Below the pieces are notes generated by a model that was not told the DNA's origin, did no database searches, and was given only the letters and a program-made list of their open reading frames with translations. From contig JBHGNT010000007.1 in the NCBI GenBank assembly GCA_043228905.1, forward strand, positions 10,788,001 through 10,852,000: a DNA stretch of 64,000 bases, in the 5' to 3' direction. The translations under genes and the position numbers were made by a program. This DNA comes from Azolla caroliniana. Lineage: Eukaryota; Plantae; Polypodiophyta. Below are positions 61,801 to 64,000 of this stretch, piece after piece (positions within the stretch are counted from its first letter, which is position 1; every line of letters begins with the position of its first letter).

Positions 61801-63900
61801 GAGAGAGAAGGTCCCTTGTAGACTTCTAGATGAAGAGCATCTACTCTTAACTAATGTTGAGGAATCCAAGAAGGATACCCACAACCGAAAGTGGTTGAGT
61901 GCTATGCAGGATGAAATGGATTCCTTGCATGAAAACCATACATATGAGCTCACAGAGTTGCCAAAAAGAAAGAAGGCACTCCGAAACAACTGGGTGTACA
62001 AGTTCCAACTAAGAGATGGCAGGAATCCACCAAGATACAAAGCCTGAATTGTGGTGAAACAATTTCAGCAGAAGTAGGGTGTAGAATTTGACGAAATATT
62101 TGATCCGGTCGTGAAGATGAAATCCATCCAGACAATTCTAAGCATAGTAGCTAGCAAGGACTTTGAAGTCGAACATTTGGATGTCAAGATAGCTTTCTTG
62201 CATCGAGATTTGGAAGAAGAAATGTACGCGTAACAACTGGAAGGGTTCGTGGATGAAGGAAAGGAAAACTTGGTATTCCGGCGAAAGAAAAGCTTGTCCA
62301 GGGGTTCAAGGAAGCACCCTGGCAATGGTACTGAAAATTCGAGTCCGTCATGGTAGAACATGACTTCCACAAGATGCAAGTGAACCATTCTGTCTTCATG
62401 AAGAGATATGACGGAGGAGACTTCCTGATCCTCTTGTTGTACGTTGACGACATGCTGATTGTTTAACAGGACCCGAGGAAAATTGGAAGCTTGATGAAGG
62501 CCTTTAGCAAGGCGTTCACAATGAAGGATATGGGTCCGGCAAATTAAATACTAGGAATGCACACTGTTCGGGACATGATAAAGAAGTTGTTGTGGCTGTC
62601 ACAAGAGAGATACGTGACAAAGGTGCTCCAAAGATTCAACATGGAAAACGTGAAGCCGGTCAGCTCGACATTGGTGATAAATTACAAGTTGTTTGGGAGA
62701 CAATGTCCAAAGACAAAAACGGAGAAGGTTGAGATGAGCAAGATCCCATACGCCTCAATAGTCGGAAGCTTGATGTACGTGATGGTCTGCACCGGGCTAC
62801 ACATTGGATATGATGTCAGCATTGTCAACTGGTATATGAGCAATTCCAGATGAGAGCATTGGGTTGTGGTGAAGTGGATACTCCGATACTAGAGAGGTAC
62901 CTCGAGCGTGTGCCTTTGATTTGGCTCAATTAATCCCAACCTAGAAGGTTTCACTAACTCAAAGAAATTGGGTGATGTGGATACCAGCTGGTCCACGTCT
63001 GGGTATGTGATGTTATATGCAGGAGGAGTTGTTTCGTGGCAATCAAGGTTGCAGAAGATTGTGGCATTTTCGACCATAGAAGCAAAATACATGGTTGTTG
63101 TTGAAGCCGGAAAGGAGATGATTTTGATAAAGGATTTCATCGATGAGTTGGGGATTTAGAAAGAGCAATTTTGACTCCATTGTGACAATCAAAATGGCAT
63201 CCACCATGCAAAGAATGTTGCCTATCACGCGAGAATTAAGCACATCCAACAGAGATATCATTGGCTTAGAGAGAGGGTAGAAGAAAGGGATTTCTACTTG
63301 GTGAAGATTCACATGGACGAAAATGGATCGAACGTGCTAACCAAGCTGTTGCAAATGGACAAGTTGAAAGCATGTCGATAATGAGTAGGTTTGGTGGATC
63401 ATCCCATTATGGAGTGAAGAGGGAGTTTATTGGGAAACAATTTCCTCCGAATGGCGTGCATTGGTCAGCTGGATCTGGATGTGGAACCGGATTGGCCAGG
63501 AAGACATCCGACATGCATCCGGATTTCGGATTCCGGAAAGCATCCAGATTCCCCATATAGTCGTATCCGATTAGAGGCTATATTTTTAAATAACCATTAC
63601 AACATATAAGTATATATATACTTAGGGCTAACATGTTGGCATGTGTGGTAGAGTTAGTTAACAATATATATACAGTGAGAGAGAGTGAGTGCGAACTCTA
63701 TTGTAACCGTCGGTTTGGCGAAGAGGAGCATAAGGTTATTGCCTTATAGTCTCCTGTGTACTTCTTCTCCCACTCTAGTGATTATTTGGAGTTTGTGATC
63801 TCCTATGGTCATTGTGCCATTGCATCATCTCTATGTTTAACATTCAATTTTCCCGTCTTGTGCTTGCGAATCAGTTGTGTTTGAGCCCCATTTCCAAACA
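58891..63900 (+). mobile_element. Ty1/Copia element (Tto1/Tork-like) with both LTRs, decayed
   Basis: LTRs 58891-59373 and 63428-63900, TSD AAAAG, degenerate Met-i PBS GGTATCAAAG, gag MEDSFGEMFKLTSYNYSTWK, VDSGASFH, INT, RT YVDD, RNase H, and PPT GAAGAGGGAG. Confidence 0.95.
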
Positions 63901-64000
63901 AAAAGTATAATAAAATCACCAACAACAAATTGTTTAACATACACACAGTAGTTCTACAATGGTCCTTCCATAACCTTGACTCACAATAAAAGAATCAAAC

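Overview
This is a gene-free, deeply nested transposon region of a plant nuclear genome. The element spectrum (Tcn1-like self-priming chromoviruses, RTE-X-like LINEs, a fungal-type Gypsy) suggests a non-seed plant such as a fern, which is an inference. The largest structure is a Ty3/Gypsy element with both LTRs (13173-29696; 436-bp LTRs, TSD AGTCA) that encodes an extra 3' ORF. It carries a second, antisense Gypsy (19556-~26140) with a tRNA-Trp PBS and a candidate -1 frameshift signal. Also present: a two-LTR Tto1/Tork-like Copia (58891-63900, TSD AAAAG), further Copia and Gypsy fragments and solo LTRs, four Tcn1-like chromovirus pieces plus a chromodomain end, L1 and RTE-X-like LINE fragments, three hAT-type MITEs with 8-bp TSDs, microsatellites and local duplications. 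All coding regions are disrupted; I found no host gene, rRNA, intact tRNA gene or CRISPR array. The most notable signals are: antisense tRNA-like Pol III (A/B box) modules near the same end of three Tcn1-like LTRs; covarying self-priming pairing in two of those elements; a GGAUUUU-plus-hairpin frameshift signal between protease and RT; a long PMD-like/coiled-coil ORF3 that runs into the LTR with no visible PPT; a C-terminal extension in one RTE-X subfamily; and a four-inverted-repeat cassette around the TATA box of one Copia LTR family. All alignments and counts were made by eye, and fragment boundaries are approximate.
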